A stretch of 18,621 bases of DNA from Candidatus Hodarchaeum mangrovi (lineage in GTDB: Archaea; Asgardarchaeota; Heimdallarchaeia; Hodarchaeales; Hodarchaeaceae), in assembly GCA_016839515.1 (NCBI GenBank), contig JAEOUE010000026.1, forward strand, positions 1 to 18,621, written 5' to 3'. The translations under genes were made by a program, and so were the position numbers. This document shows positions 6,940-16,738 of the stretch, piece by piece; positions within the stretch are counted from its first letter, which is position 1, and every line of letters starts with the position of its first letter. The notes beneath the pieces were generated by a model, which saw nothing but the letters and a program-made list of their open reading frames with translations, did not search any database and had not been told where the DNA came from.

Positions 6940-6990
6940 TATATGTTCCTATATTGAATAATTCTCATGAATTTTTCTTAAAGGAGATTT

Positions 6991-7584
6991 TTGCACAGAA
7001 TGAGGCCTAAAGATCAAACCAAATATAATGCCATTATTGAAGCTTCTCTTAACCTGGTAAAAGAGTTAGGGTTTACTGATATTTCCATTTCAAAAATTGC
7101 AAAGCAAGCTAACATCTCCCCAGCTACAATCTACATTCATTTTAGGAACAGAGAGGACCTCTTCACAAAATTATATATAAAAATAAGAACTGATTTGAGC
7201 ACTGAGATATTGCAGGGGATAAATGACAAGATGGACATTAAACAGATCTTCAAATCTATTTGGAATAATTCCTTCACCTATTATCTTAATCACCCTGATT
7301 CCATCATTTATCGTGAAAAATTCGAACAGACCCCAATGATGGAAAATATCGATCCTAAAGATTTCAAATTGTATAATTATGTTAATAATCTCTTCCAACG
7401 GGGTATTAAAGAGCAGATCATCAAAGATCTCCCAATTCCACTTCTAACTTCTTTCGCTTTTATCCCAATTATCACTTTGCTAAACTTCCATTTTAGGGGG
7501 GCTATTAACATGGATAAAACTAATATTGTTGAAGCATGTGAAATAGCATGGAATACTATTAAGATAAGTGACTCAGCTCAATAA
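6991..7584 (+). CDS. TetR/AcrR family transcriptional regulator
   Basis: N-terminal HTH IIEASLNLVKELGFTDISISKIAKQANISPATIYIHFRNREDL. AAGGAG at 6981. The start may be TTG 6991 or ATG 7000. Confidence 0.93.
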   Translation: MHRMRPKDQTKYNAIIEASLNLVKELGFTDISISKIAKQANISPATIYIHFRNREDLFTKLYIKIRTDLSTEILQGINDKMDIKQIFKSIWNNSFTYYLNHPDSIIYREKFEQTPMMENIDPKDFKLYNYVNNLFQRGIKEQIIKDLPIPLLTSFAFIPIITLLNFHFRGAINMDKTNIVEACEIAWNTIKISDSAQ

Positions 7585-7712
7585 AAGCTAGCTTTAACAA
7601 TTATAGTACCAGTTTCGCATCCTGTAATTAAAATTCTCGATATTAGTATAATCTAAATATTTTTACTAGAGTTCTTAAAATGCATTCTAATGAACTTTTA
7701 AACTAATTAAAA

Positions 7713-8246
7713 TTACTTGAGAGCTGTATAATGCTTTTGAATAATAAATTGAAGGATTGATTCAAATCCATCTGCATTTTCAGTTATTCCATAATACGCG
7801 ACATGAGGAGCTTCCGTTAGAATCTCTGGTTCGTCAATGTGTTGCTGAATCAATTCATCTGGTCCCAATTCTACAAAAGCTATAGGTATTTGGTAGCCTT
7901 CATTCTCCTTTATTAATTTTTTATAAAAAGTTTTGGCCGCTTTAAAGGAATTTTCATTATTCGTTGAAAATAAAATAATTGCTCCTTCTTTTTCATTATA
8001 GTACGTTTTTGCGAGCTTATCAATTAGGTATGGGCTTATAGGCTGCATTAGATTTATTTTAACAGTTCCTTGATGAGTTTCAAAAAGGAATGATGCAATA
8101 TTTAACGAAACAAGAGCTTTTTGATTTTCGATTTTATCTGGATATTTCTGAAGGAAGGCTTGAATAATATGATCAACAGGTTTATCGAGAAAACTAAGAA
8201 TGGCAATATTAAATATCATATTTGGAGTAAGATTGTTGTTAGACAA
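7713..8246 (-). CDS. Ras-superfamily-fold protein lacking G1-G5 motifs (putative pseudo-GTPase)
   Basis: 177 aa with the strand/helix pattern of Rab/Ran GTPases: FNIAIL..., FLFETHQGTVKINL, KLAKTYYNEKEGAIILFSTNNENSF, IPIAFV, FESILQFI. There is no GxxxxGK[ST], DxxG or NKxD. AGGTGTGA lies upstream of the TTG start. Confidence 0.6.
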   Translation of the reverse strand: MSNNNLTPNMIFNIAILSFLDKPVDHIIQAFLQKYPDKIENQKALVSLNIASFLFETHQGTVKINLMQPISPYLIDKLAKTYYNEKEGAIILFSTNNENSFKAAKTFYKKLIKENEGYQIPIAFVELGPDELIQQHIDEPEILTEAPHVAYYGITENADGFESILQFIIQKHYTALK

Positions 8247-8600
8247 TTATGATCACACCTGTAGCAACCTAATCTCGCAACAATTACCATAGGTTTTTGT
8301 TCAGGATTACAGTTCTATCTATATAGAGAGCAAAATAAAAACACATCTTTTTATCTATAATGATATTCCTTGGATCTTCATTATTTTCAAGCGTGTTTAC
8401 AAAGCTAGGTGAAAATTGATCAATTTATTTATTCTTTAATCTTAGGAACTAAGTAACATAATGAAACTATACAACCTCTTAAAAACTTAAAAAGATATTT
8501 TTACTAGCCCTATTTTGTATCTGAAAACCATTTCGATTACATTATATTAATTTATGACAATTTTCGCTTTCTCTTATGAAATATTATCTTAAAATTCCCT

Positions 8601-10052
8601 CTATCGTTCCAATTTATAATGTCGTCTATCAGCTATCCAATGGGGGAAACGTGATTTTATCGAATGAGTAGGTGAAACCACAACAGTTGAATCCCCCTCA
8701 GGGGTAGTTCGAAAGACTTTGGTATAAAGATATTTAATTGGATGGGTAATCATACCGGGAATTTCTGGTTCTTTTACATAAACAAGGAGAAAAATGGAGA
8801 AAATCATTAGTACACTCCTGATTAAGAAGATAATTGTAATATTGAGAAAAAATTCTATTATGAATCCACCAAGAATGGGGCTGATAAACATTGTTAATCC
8901 AACAAAAGTATTATAGACAGCAATGAGAGTAGTACGATATTGTGGATGGACTAAATCAAGAACCATAACTGTTAAAGCACTATTAAATATCCCCCACCCA
9001 AGGCCAAGAATGATCCAGGCCAAAAAACACCAATTAAATGTAGGAACAGAAAAATAATAAGGAATAATTATAAGGAGAGTGCTAAAGATAAGACAGAGGA
9101 TACCACAGAAGAGAGGGAATTTTCTACCAAAATGATCTAATATATTATATTTAACAATAACAAGGTTAACAAAGAATTGAACTACTGTAGTTAAACTAGT
9201 TAATATAGACGCTTGAAAGAAACTAAAATGGTAATATTCAATCTCTAAAATAATAAAAAACGGTGAAGACACATTGACTGCAAAATAAAAGAAAGCTACA
9301 AAAACAGTAAAGACCCAAAAGGTTTTAAACTTTTCAAAATAAGCACTTATCTTCTCTATAAAATTTAATCTTGAAGGTTTAGCATGAACTGTTAGATTTT
9401 GATTAATAAAAATTATAGGATCAATTTTATATAAATTGTCTGCATCTGGTACACTTCTTTGGAAAATTGCTGCAGTCAATATACCTAAAAATGCAGTCCA
9501 GAAAAAAAGGATAAGAAAGGATATCTGCGGGTCTAATTTAAAATCATCGCTCAGGAGGGTGAATATAAAACCACCAAGCATTGCACCGATTAAGGTACCA
9601 ATCAAGTTACCTTGAGTAATGCGATTAACACGTTGAGCTCGTTTAGAAGAGGGGATGTGATCAGCCATTAAGGAAGCTTGAGTTGGTGCAACCGCAGAAA
9701 AAAAAATACCTTGAAAAAACCGAAAAATAAGTAATAAAAAAGCTTGTCCTACTCCGAGAAATGCCATAGGGATGTAAAAAATAGCAGAGAAAAATCTGCC
9801 AGTAACAACAAAAATACTTGTTCTTTTTACCCTTACTGAGATACTAGCCCAGACAATTTGAAAAATATTGACCAATGAATACAGGCCAGATAGCCACCCA
9901 ACTATACTTGTGGAAGCACCAAGCTGAGTAGCAAAAATAGGTAAAAATTGATCTACGCTAGCTTTACTAGCACTATCAATCGCATTAGAAAGGTACCATC
10001 CGTTGAAATTAACTTTTCGTGGTTTATTAACAGTCTCAGTAGTATGACTCAA
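8601..10052 (-). CDS. MFS transporter
   Basis: About 12 hydrophobic segments. Motifs FLPIFATQLGAS..VG.L, RFFQG, MADHIPSSKRA, LDHFGRK and ISPILGG. Confidence 0.9.
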   Translation of the reverse strand: MSHTTETVNKPRKVNFNGWYLSNAIDSASKASVDQFLPIFATQLGASTSIVGWLSGLYSLVNIFQIVWASISVRVKRTSIFVVTGRFFSAIFYIPMAFLGVGQAFLLLIFRFFQGIFFSAVAPTQASLMADHIPSSKRAQRVNRITQGNLIGTLIGAMLGGFIFTLLSDDFKLDPQISFLILFFWTAFLGILTAAIFQRSVPDADNLYKIDPIIFINQNLTVHAKPSRLNFIEKISAYFEKFKTFWVFTVFVAFFYFAVNVSSPFFIILEIEYYHFSFFQASILTSLTTVVQFFVNLVIVKYNILDHFGRKFPLFCGILCLIFSTLLIIIPYYFSVPTFNWCFLAWIILGLGWGIFNSALTVMVLDLVHPQYRTTLIAVYNTFVGLTMFISPILGGFIIEFFLNITIIFLIRSVLMIFSIFLLVYVKEPEIPGMITHPIKYLYTKVFRTTPEGDSTVVVSPTHSIKSRFPHWIADRRHYKLER

Positions 10053-10415
10053 ATTAGAACCCTTTTAATGAAAATGTATTAACTCTTACATTCTTTTTGA
10101 ACCTTATTAATCAGTTGTTTTAGTGGTTTTCAATAATTCTCAAAAGTTTTTCTTCATTATCTGGAGGACGAATGAATCTCTTAGGTTTTTTTTGCCAGCT
10201 ATTAACACTAAACTTCAGTAAATATGATCTTTGTTATATAGATAAAGGGGAAACATAACGTCGCATTATAATTCTTTAAAGAACTATTTCAGTTTGTTTT
10301 TAAATAAAATTTTGCTATTAACTCTTTTCTATTAACTGATTTTTAACTTTTTAAACAATTATGAGCAAGAAAACAATTTCTAAATTGTAATTCTTTGGGT
10401 CAATCAGAAAATAAC

Positions 10416-11297
10416 CTATTTCTTGAATGGTGGTTTTGGGATTAGGACTGGAGTATTTTTTTTGTATTCCTCGTAATCCTCTTGACCACCCCATTTTTCA
10501 TCAGCACGGTTCTCAAGGATTGGAATCCCACTAACTCTAGTAAGAAGTAATGTGACAAAAATAGGAGAAATTAATGTTAACCATCTCCAACCTTGAAGAG
10601 TGGGAAGGGCAATTATTGCGATTCCTATCCAAATAACTATTTCTCCAAAATAATTTGGATGACGAGAGATTGACCAAAACCCAGTATTAATGAATTTTCC
10701 TTTGTTTTCTGGAATAGATCTAAATTTACTTTTTTGATAATCTGAAATAGCTTCAAATCCAAACCCTACAATCCAAACCAATAGACCAATCAAGCCACTA
10801 ACACCTATTTCTTCTCTTTGCTCTACTGTTATTGCAGCTAAAGCAGTAGCCAATGTAAAGCTAACCCAGAGACCTTGGAGAGTCCATGTCAATAGAAAGC
10901 TAGATGCCGATTTTTTGATTTCCTTGAAGCGTGTATCTTCCCCTTCTCTCATAATTCGACAAAACAAAAAAGTCCCAAGACGGATAGCCCAAATCAAGAC
11001 CAAAATTAGTAGTAAAATAGATCGTAAATCAATTTTAGGATTTAAAATAATTGATAGAATAATCACAGTACAATATGTTATAGAACCCATAAGATCGTAG
11101 AATTTCTCTGTCCTAAATACAAAAGCAGGTATAAAAGCAATCCATTGAATAATAAAAGTAATAGCTATACTAAGTGCAAATAAAGGGATTCCGCTAAAAA
11201 CGGTCACTCCTCCTTGACTTCCAGCAAAGGCAAGACATGTAGCAAAGATTATAATAATAAATATTGCACCTAGAGTTTTGAAATCTTTCTCAGTCAT
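10416..11297 (-). CDS. DUF1295 / steroid 5-alpha-reductase-like membrane protein
   Basis: Motifs TEKFYDLMGS, WAIRLGTFLF.RI...GED.RF, FEAISDYQK..F, FINTGFWSISRHPNYFGE, SGIPILE and YEEYKKNTPVLIP. Confidence 0.9.
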   Translation of the reverse strand: MTEKDFKTLGAIFIIIIFATCLAFAGSQGGVTVFSGIPLFALSIAITFIIQWIAFIPAFVFRTEKFYDLMGSITYCTVIILSIILNPKIDLRSILLLILVLIWAIRLGTFLFCRIMREGEDTRFKEIKKSASSFLLTWTLQGLWVSFTLATALAAITVEQREEIGVSGLIGLLVWIVGFGFEAISDYQKSKFRSIPENKGKFINTGFWSISRHPNYFGEIVIWIGIAIIALPTLQGWRWLTLISPIFVTLLLTRVSGIPILENRADEKWGGQEDYEEYKKNTPVLIPKPPFKK

Positions 11298-11730
11298 TAA
11301 TCTTTCCCCTTTTATTGTATGTTATATAATTGGTTTAAAAGTCTTAGACATTAATGAATCTCGAAAATTAAGATATCTAGGTCTTATTATAAATTATATT
11401 TTTTGCAATCTAATGAATAGCCTGAAAATAATTAAGATAGAATATTATCTTAAATAATTATATGATTTATGACTCTATTTCAATAATCAGTGTTATTTGG
11501 TACATTGTAATCGGCAAAATCTGAGAAAAATCTAACATATTTGAATTTTATATAAGATTTTCAGTTTATTCTGAATTTAAAACAAAGTTTCATAAATTCC
11601 CCTTGGATATTGTATATACCTTTAATCTGCTATTTTAGTAAGATAATTCTTAACTATCTAGTAAAATTGTTTCTAATCGTTAAGAAGTAATTAAAAACAG
11701 CGATAATATTTGATTTTACGATGAATTAGC

Positions 11731-12168
11731 ATGCCAATTATTGCCAAAGCTATCACTCAAGATCTCTCAAATGTATTGATGTTATTAAAACAAGTAGATC
11801 TTCCCATTGAGGGAGTTAAAGATCATTTTCAAAACTTTTTTATAAGCAAAGAGGATAAAATGATCTTAGGATGTATTGGAATCGAGATTTATGGACGCGT
11901 TGGTCTTCTTCGTTCGTTAGCTGTGCATCCCTCCTTTCAAGGAAGAGGATTAGGTCAGCAATTGGTAAAAAGAATTGAGGAATTTTCGATTGAAAAGGGC
12001 ATAAGTAATATCTATTTACTAACAGAGACAGCAGAGAAGTTCTTTTTAAAATTAGGTTACCAATTCATACCAAGAGACGAGGCTGACCCAAATATAAAAC
12101 AATCAATTGAATTTACAAGTTTATGTCCTTCTGCTCCTGTTATGACGAAGAATATTAACTTTTTTTAA
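11731..12168 (+). CDS. GNAT N-acetyltransferase, ArsN2-like
   Basis: LLRSLAVHPSFQGRGLG (acetyl-CoA motif A), YLLTETAEKFF.KLGY and a C-terminal S.EF.SLCP.A.VM, as in the ArgA-related ArsN2 family. Confidence 0.8.
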   Translation: MPIIAKAITQDLSNVLMLLKQVDLPIEGVKDHFQNFFISKEDKMILGCIGIEIYGRVGLLRSLAVHPSFQGRGLGQQLVKRIEEFSIEKGISNIYLLTETAEKFFLKLGYQFIPRDEADPNIKQSIEFTSLCPSAPVMTKNINFF

Positions 12169-12601
12169 TTATTCTTTGAATAATAAATCCAAAATTAACT
12201 TTTTTGCGGAAATAGATTAAAATCAAATTCCTTTGTTATTGTAAGGGATTTTTTACGGTTTTTATATATAAAAAAAGTTAAAATAGGTATTTGAGGTAAT
12301 TTTGGCACAATTAATGCTATAATCAACGCTTTTATAAAGATTGGAGACATTTTTGTGCCAATTTCAAAAAGTCTGGTAGACTATTTCAGACGATTGAAAT
12401 GCTAGAAAGCGATATTTATGGGTATTTAGGTATCAAGGGGGATGTAGCAAATTAAAGTAACAAAGAATAGTGTTTGGTAAAAATTACGTTAGAAGATGGT
12501 TAATTAAAGACATTGGTAACTATGTTCTTTGTTAAAAACCAGTAAATGAGATTACAGAAAATGATTGAAATACTGTAATAAGGTTAAATTCTTTTATTCT
12601 T

Positions 12602-13489
12602 TTAACTAAATTCTTCAAAAATGACATGTGCATCAATTCCTTGGGCTTTAAAACCAAGGGGTTCGTTTACTGGAACTCTTTCTTGAAGTGTTGGATCCAT
12701 ATCTTTTAAAGAAGGTTTGATTATTTGGTAAAAAACTCCAATAGGAATCTTTTCACCCCACTCTTGAGCTTTAATCAATCCATCACAAATATTAGAAGTG
12801 TCATGATCATCCCCCAGTTCATAAACACGTTCTCTGAACCAGCTATATGTATTTAATCTATTGAAAGTAACACATGGGCTTAAAACATCAACAAATGCAA
12901 AACCTTTATGTTGAATTGCCTGTTCTATTATTGATTGGAGATGTTTTCTATTTCCACTAAATGCTCGTGCTACGAAGGAGGTACCTGCACCTAACGCTAA
13001 AGAAATCGGGTTAATAGGATATTCATCTACCCCGTTTAAAGGTGAAGTAATCGTAATATGACCTAATTGAGAAGTTGGAGAGTATTGTCCTGTAGTAAGT
13101 CCATTTATTTGGTTATTCATTACTAAACAGGTCATATCTAGGTTTCTACGAGCAGCATGGATAAAATGCCCCATTCCTATTCCATAGGTATCTCCATCCC
13201 CACTAACAGCAATAACTGTAAGATTAGGATTTGTTAATCTAACCCCCATAGCTACAGGAAGTGAACGTCCATGTAAAGCATGGATTCCATATACTGAAGT
13301 CCAATGAGGGAAATTACTACTACAACCAATTCCGCTGGTCATAACAACCTCATTGGGTTTAAATCCTAATTTAGCTAAAGCATTAGTTGTAGCTGTTAAT
13401 AATCCATAATTTCCACATCCGAGGCACCAGTTGGGTTTTACTTCCCCAATAAATGGATTAATTTCTTCTTTCACTTCTTTGAAACTCAT
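12602..13489 (-). CDS. 2-oxoacid:ferredoxin oxidoreductase beta subunit (TPP-binding, KorB-like)
   Basis: Motifs WCLGCG, SGIGCS, LHGR, GDGD...NN, GQYSPT and SPCVTFN. 4-bp ATGA overlap with the alpha gene. Confidence 0.93.
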   Translation of the reverse strand: MSFKEVKEEINPFIGEVKPNWCLGCGNYGLLTATTNALAKLGFKPNEVVMTSGIGCSSNFPHWTSVYGIHALHGRSLPVAMGVRLTNPNLTVIAVSGDGDTYGIGMGHFIHAARRNLDMTCLVMNNQINGLTTGQYSPTSQLGHITITSPLNGVDEYPINPISLALGAGTSFVARAFSGNRKHLQSIIEQAIQHKGFAFVDVLSPCVTFNRLNTYSWFRERVYELGDDHDTSNICDGLIKAQEWGEKIPIGVFYQIIKPSLKDMDPTLQERVPVNEPLGFKAQGIDAHVIFEEFS

Positions 13490-15291
13490 TTTTGTCTACT
13501 CCTATTCACAATAGAGTTTAATTTTCGTATTTCAGATATGATCATTGATGTTGTTGGTGTCTCCCCACTTAATGGATGGATAGAGGCATTTGCTTCCCAA
13601 CCTAAACTTTGTTTTATTAGGGCTTGCATCTGACCAGTAAAATTCGCTTCAAACCAAATTCCAAATCTTATTTTTTTGATTAGCGGTTCTATTTTTTCCG
13701 TAGGTAAGGGAAACAGATCACAAAAAGAAATTAAGTTCCATGTTTGGAGAGTATTCTCATTTAAGTAATCAATGGCTTCCTTAACTGCTCCTAGTGTACT
13801 TCCCCAACATAATATTGTGTAATCAGCCTCTTTCATCCCATATACTAGTGGAACATTCATCTCTTTTATTTTAATTTGTTCTAATTTTGCAAATCGCTTC
13901 TTATATAATTCCTCTCTAATTTTCCATGTTTTAGGTAACCCACATCGATTACCAGAGAGTGAATGCGACATTTCGTCATGCTCAGCCCCAACAATGATAT
14001 GTTCTCCTCCTTTTGTTGGGGGTATAGCTCGAGGTGATACACCATCTTCAGTAATTTGATAGCGCTTAAAGACAGGAAACTCTTCGGTGGGACCTTTCCA
14101 AATTTTTCCACGATTTATTTCAACCTCAAGATCAAATATCTCTATACTTTCTGTTCGTTCGCTTAAAGCAAAGTCGGATAGGATAATAACAGGAGTTTGA
14201 TAACGATCAGCTAAATTAAAAGCTCTAACTGTTTCGGAAAAGCATTCTTTTAAAGTACGTGGAGCTAAAACAATACGAGGAGACTCCCCATGTGATAAAT
14301 GAATCATTGAAAGGAGATCGGATTGTTCCATTTTAGTTGGAATTCCAGTAGAAGGACCAGCTCGCATAGAATTGACTATCACAATCGGAGTTTCAGTTGT
14401 AGCAGCATATCCAAATAGCTCTGCCATTAGTGAAATTCCTGGGCCACTAGTTGCAGTCATTGATCGTACCCCTGCAAAGGAAGCACCAATGCACATCCCA
14501 ATAGCTGCAATTTCATCTTCAGCTTGACGAATAACCACTCCAAATTTTTTAGCATTTTGGGCGAGATAGGTAAGAATTGATGATGCAGGAGTAATTGGAT
14601 ACTGTGCAAGAAATTTTAATCCACTTGCAACCGCTCCTAGGGCAATCATATGATTTCCACTGATGACAATATGTTCTGTGTTGGCTTGCCTCGCATCTTT
14701 TAGATTAATCTTATACTTGATGTTTTCATTAAAATATGATACGCCAACACGAATTGCTTGTTGATTTATCTGAATCGTTTGACTTTTATACCTTTTTATT
14801 AGTATCTCATTATATAAAGACGGATTAAGATTCAATAAACCAATTATTACTCCAATAGTAACTGAGTTAGCTAAGATAGGATTTTTTGGATCAATTTCCT
14901 TGATGAGAGTCTGTAGAGGGATACCAAACGCATGAATTCGTTTTTGAATTAAAATTGTTTCATATTTATCAATTGATGTCTTATCGCTATTGTAAAGTAA
15001 AATTCGTTGGTCTTTAAGATCATTTATATGAGCTTCTAAAGATTGGGTGTCCATAGCTATTAATAAGTCAAGTGGTCTATCAAAATTTTCAATAGGATTA
15101 CAGGAAAATTCAACATGTTGCCAGACATGCCCACCACGGATTGTGCTTTGAGTTCCAGCAAAACCAAAAACAAAGTATCCAATTTTATTCAGGAATTTTT
15201 GAAATAATAATCCAGTAGATTGTAATCCATCACCAGCAGCACCTCCCCATCTAATAGCAAATCGAGAAAATGTTTCTTTTTGCCTATTCAC
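13486..15291 (-). CDS. 2-oxoacid:acceptor oxidoreductase alpha subunit (fused gamma-alpha, KorA-like)
   Basis: Motifs GGAAGDG, STIRGGH, SGN..IALGA, YPITP, QAEDEIAA, TATSGPG, RAGPSTGIPT and WGST.G. Confidence 0.95.
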   Translation of the reverse strand: MNRQKETFSRFAIRWGGAAGDGLQSTGLLFQKFLNKIGYFVFGFAGTQSTIRGGHVWQHVEFSCNPIENFDRPLDLLIAMDTQSLEAHINDLKDQRILLYNSDKTSIDKYETILIQKRIHAFGIPLQTLIKEIDPKNPILANSVTIGVIIGLLNLNPSLYNEILIKRYKSQTIQINQQAIRVGVSYFNENIKYKINLKDARQANTEHIVISGNHMIALGAVASGLKFLAQYPITPASSILTYLAQNAKKFGVVIRQAEDEIAAIGMCIGASFAGVRSMTATSGPGISLMAELFGYAATTETPIVIVNSMRAGPSTGIPTKMEQSDLLSMIHLSHGESPRIVLAPRTLKECFSETVRAFNLADRYQTPVIILSDFALSERTESIEIFDLEVEINRGKIWKGPTEEFPVFKRYQITEDGVSPRAIPPTKGGEHIIVGAEHDEMSHSLSGNRCGLPKTWKIREELYKKRFAKLEQIKIKEMNVPLVYGMKEADYTILCWGSTLGAVKEAIDYLNENTLQTWNLISFCDLFPLPTEKIEPLIKKIRFGIWFEANFTGQMQALIKQSLGWEANASIHPLSGETPTTSMIISEIRKLNSIVNRSRQK

Positions 15292-15349
15292 TTTAATTCA
15301 ATTCCTATTTTAACAAAAAGAAAGAAATCTCTCAATTTTTAAGAGATTT

Positions 15350-16549
15350 TTAAGGTTCAGGAGTATAGGGAGGTAATTCTCGGCGTAAATGACTGTGTTT
15401 CCTATAACCAAGCACATGAGAGGCTTGTAGAAGTTTCTGAATCTCATTAGTTCCTTCAAGGATTGTATTCGCTCGCGCATTTCTCCAATATCGTTCTACA
15501 GGAAAATCAGCACTATATCCATATGCTCCATGTATTTGAATGGCTCTATTAGCTGCATCTAAAGCAAAATTAGTAGCCTGCCATTTAGCCATTGCCGTTT
15601 CGCGAGTATTTCGGATACCTTTGTTTTTCAACCAAGCAGCTTTATATACTAATAACTGAGAAATATCTAACCCAGCTTGCATCTCCGCAATATGTTCCTG
15701 AATCAACTCAAATTGTCCAATCTCCTGGCCAAAAGCCTTTCTTTCATGACAATATTTAATAGATGCTTCTAAACTGGCTCGAATTGACCCTACCGCGCCT
15801 GCTGCCACGGTAAAACGTCCTGAATCTAAAGCGCTCATAGCAATCTTAAATCCTTCATTTTCTTCCCCAAGTCGATTTTCTTGTGGTACTCGCACGTTTT
15901 GTAGAATTAATTCTCCAGTGTCACCAGTTTTAACTCCTAGTTTATCATGAATAGAATTTGATGAAAATCCAGGAGATGTACGCTCAACAATAAAAGCACC
16001 GATGTTTTTATAGCCTTTTTCCTTTCCAATTCTAGCAAATACCAAGAAATTATCAGCTGTCTCTGCTAATGAAATCCACATTTTGTTTCCAGTAAGGATA
16101 TAATCATCACCCTCACGAACAGCGCGTGTCTGTAAAGCAGCCACATCAGATCCACAACTTGGCTCTGTGAGTCCAAAAGCTGCGATTTGCTTTCCCTGTG
16201 CTTGAGGAATTAGATATTTCTCGATTTGTTCTGGCGTTCCCCATTGATAAAGAGTGCAACTATTAAGGGCCGTGTGAACTGACATGATAACTCGCAAAGC
16301 TGTATCAACACGTTCTAATTCTTCGCAAACAATGGCTAACGCTAAATAATCAAGTCCTGCACCACCCAGTTTTTCTGGAAAACATACACCTAAATATCCA
16401 AGTTCAACCATTTTTGGAATGATCTTTGGATAAAGCGATTTCTGTTGTTTATCAAATTCTCCGACAATTGGAGAAACTTCTTTTTCAACAAAGTCATGTA
16501 AGCTATCTCTTAACATAATATGCTCTTCAGACAAAGATAAATCAATCAT
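15350..16549 (-). CDS. Acyl-CoA dehydrogenase family protein
   Basis: Motifs AFGLTEPSCGSD, GNKMWIS, ERKAFGQEIG.F, AIQIHGAYGY and ILEGTNEIQ (catalytic Glu in the MCAD/SCAD-type position). Confidence 0.96.
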   Translation of the reverse strand: MIDLSLSEEHIMLRDSLHDFVEKEVSPIVGEFDKQQKSLYPKIIPKMVELGYLGVCFPEKLGGAGLDYLALAIVCEELERVDTALRVIMSVHTALNSCTLYQWGTPEQIEKYLIPQAQGKQIAAFGLTEPSCGSDVAALQTRAVREGDDYILTGNKMWISLAETADNFLVFARIGKEKGYKNIGAFIVERTSPGFSSNSIHDKLGVKTGDTGELILQNVRVPQENRLGEENEGFKIAMSALDSGRFTVAAGAVGSIRASLEASIKYCHERKAFGQEIGQFELIQEHIAEMQAGLDISQLLVYKAAWLKNKGIRNTRETAMAKWQATNFALDAANRAIQIHGAYGYSADFPVERYWRNARANTILEGTNEIQKLLQASHVLGYRKHSHLRRELPPYTPEP

Positions 16550-16738
16550 TCTTTAAACCAACCTTAAACATTCATCTATCCATTGATTAAAAATCAAGAA
16601 TTGAACTTTTTTTTCCTTTTTGGATGGGAAGAAATGTGTTGTTGTTGATGTTGATATTTTTATATAATTTGATTAAGGAAAGGAGTATGACAAAAGTATA
16701 AAAAAAGGTATGGGATAAATTAAAAGGATGATTGGTCC

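Noticed and set aside
6315-7398. ORFs 6315-6539 (+) and 7171-7398 (-)
   Set aside because: Antisense to the membrane protein and TetR genes, with no independent support.
10416-11297. Idea that the DUF1295 (ICMT-related clan) protein methylates prenylated GTPases encoded nearby
   Set aside because: Neither GTPase-like protein ends in a CAAX or CC motif, and DUF1295 is widespread without GTPases.
11432-11453. TTAAGATA-N6-TATCTTAA palindrome between the DUF1295 and GNAT genes
   Set aside because: Almost all A/T in a very AT-rich spacer; plausible by chance.
12302-12361. Inverted repeat TTGGCACAA ... TTGTGCCAA with a 42-nt spacer
   Set aside because: A single 9-bp pair with a long spacer. No target-site duplication or second copy was seen, so it cannot be called a MITE or terminator.
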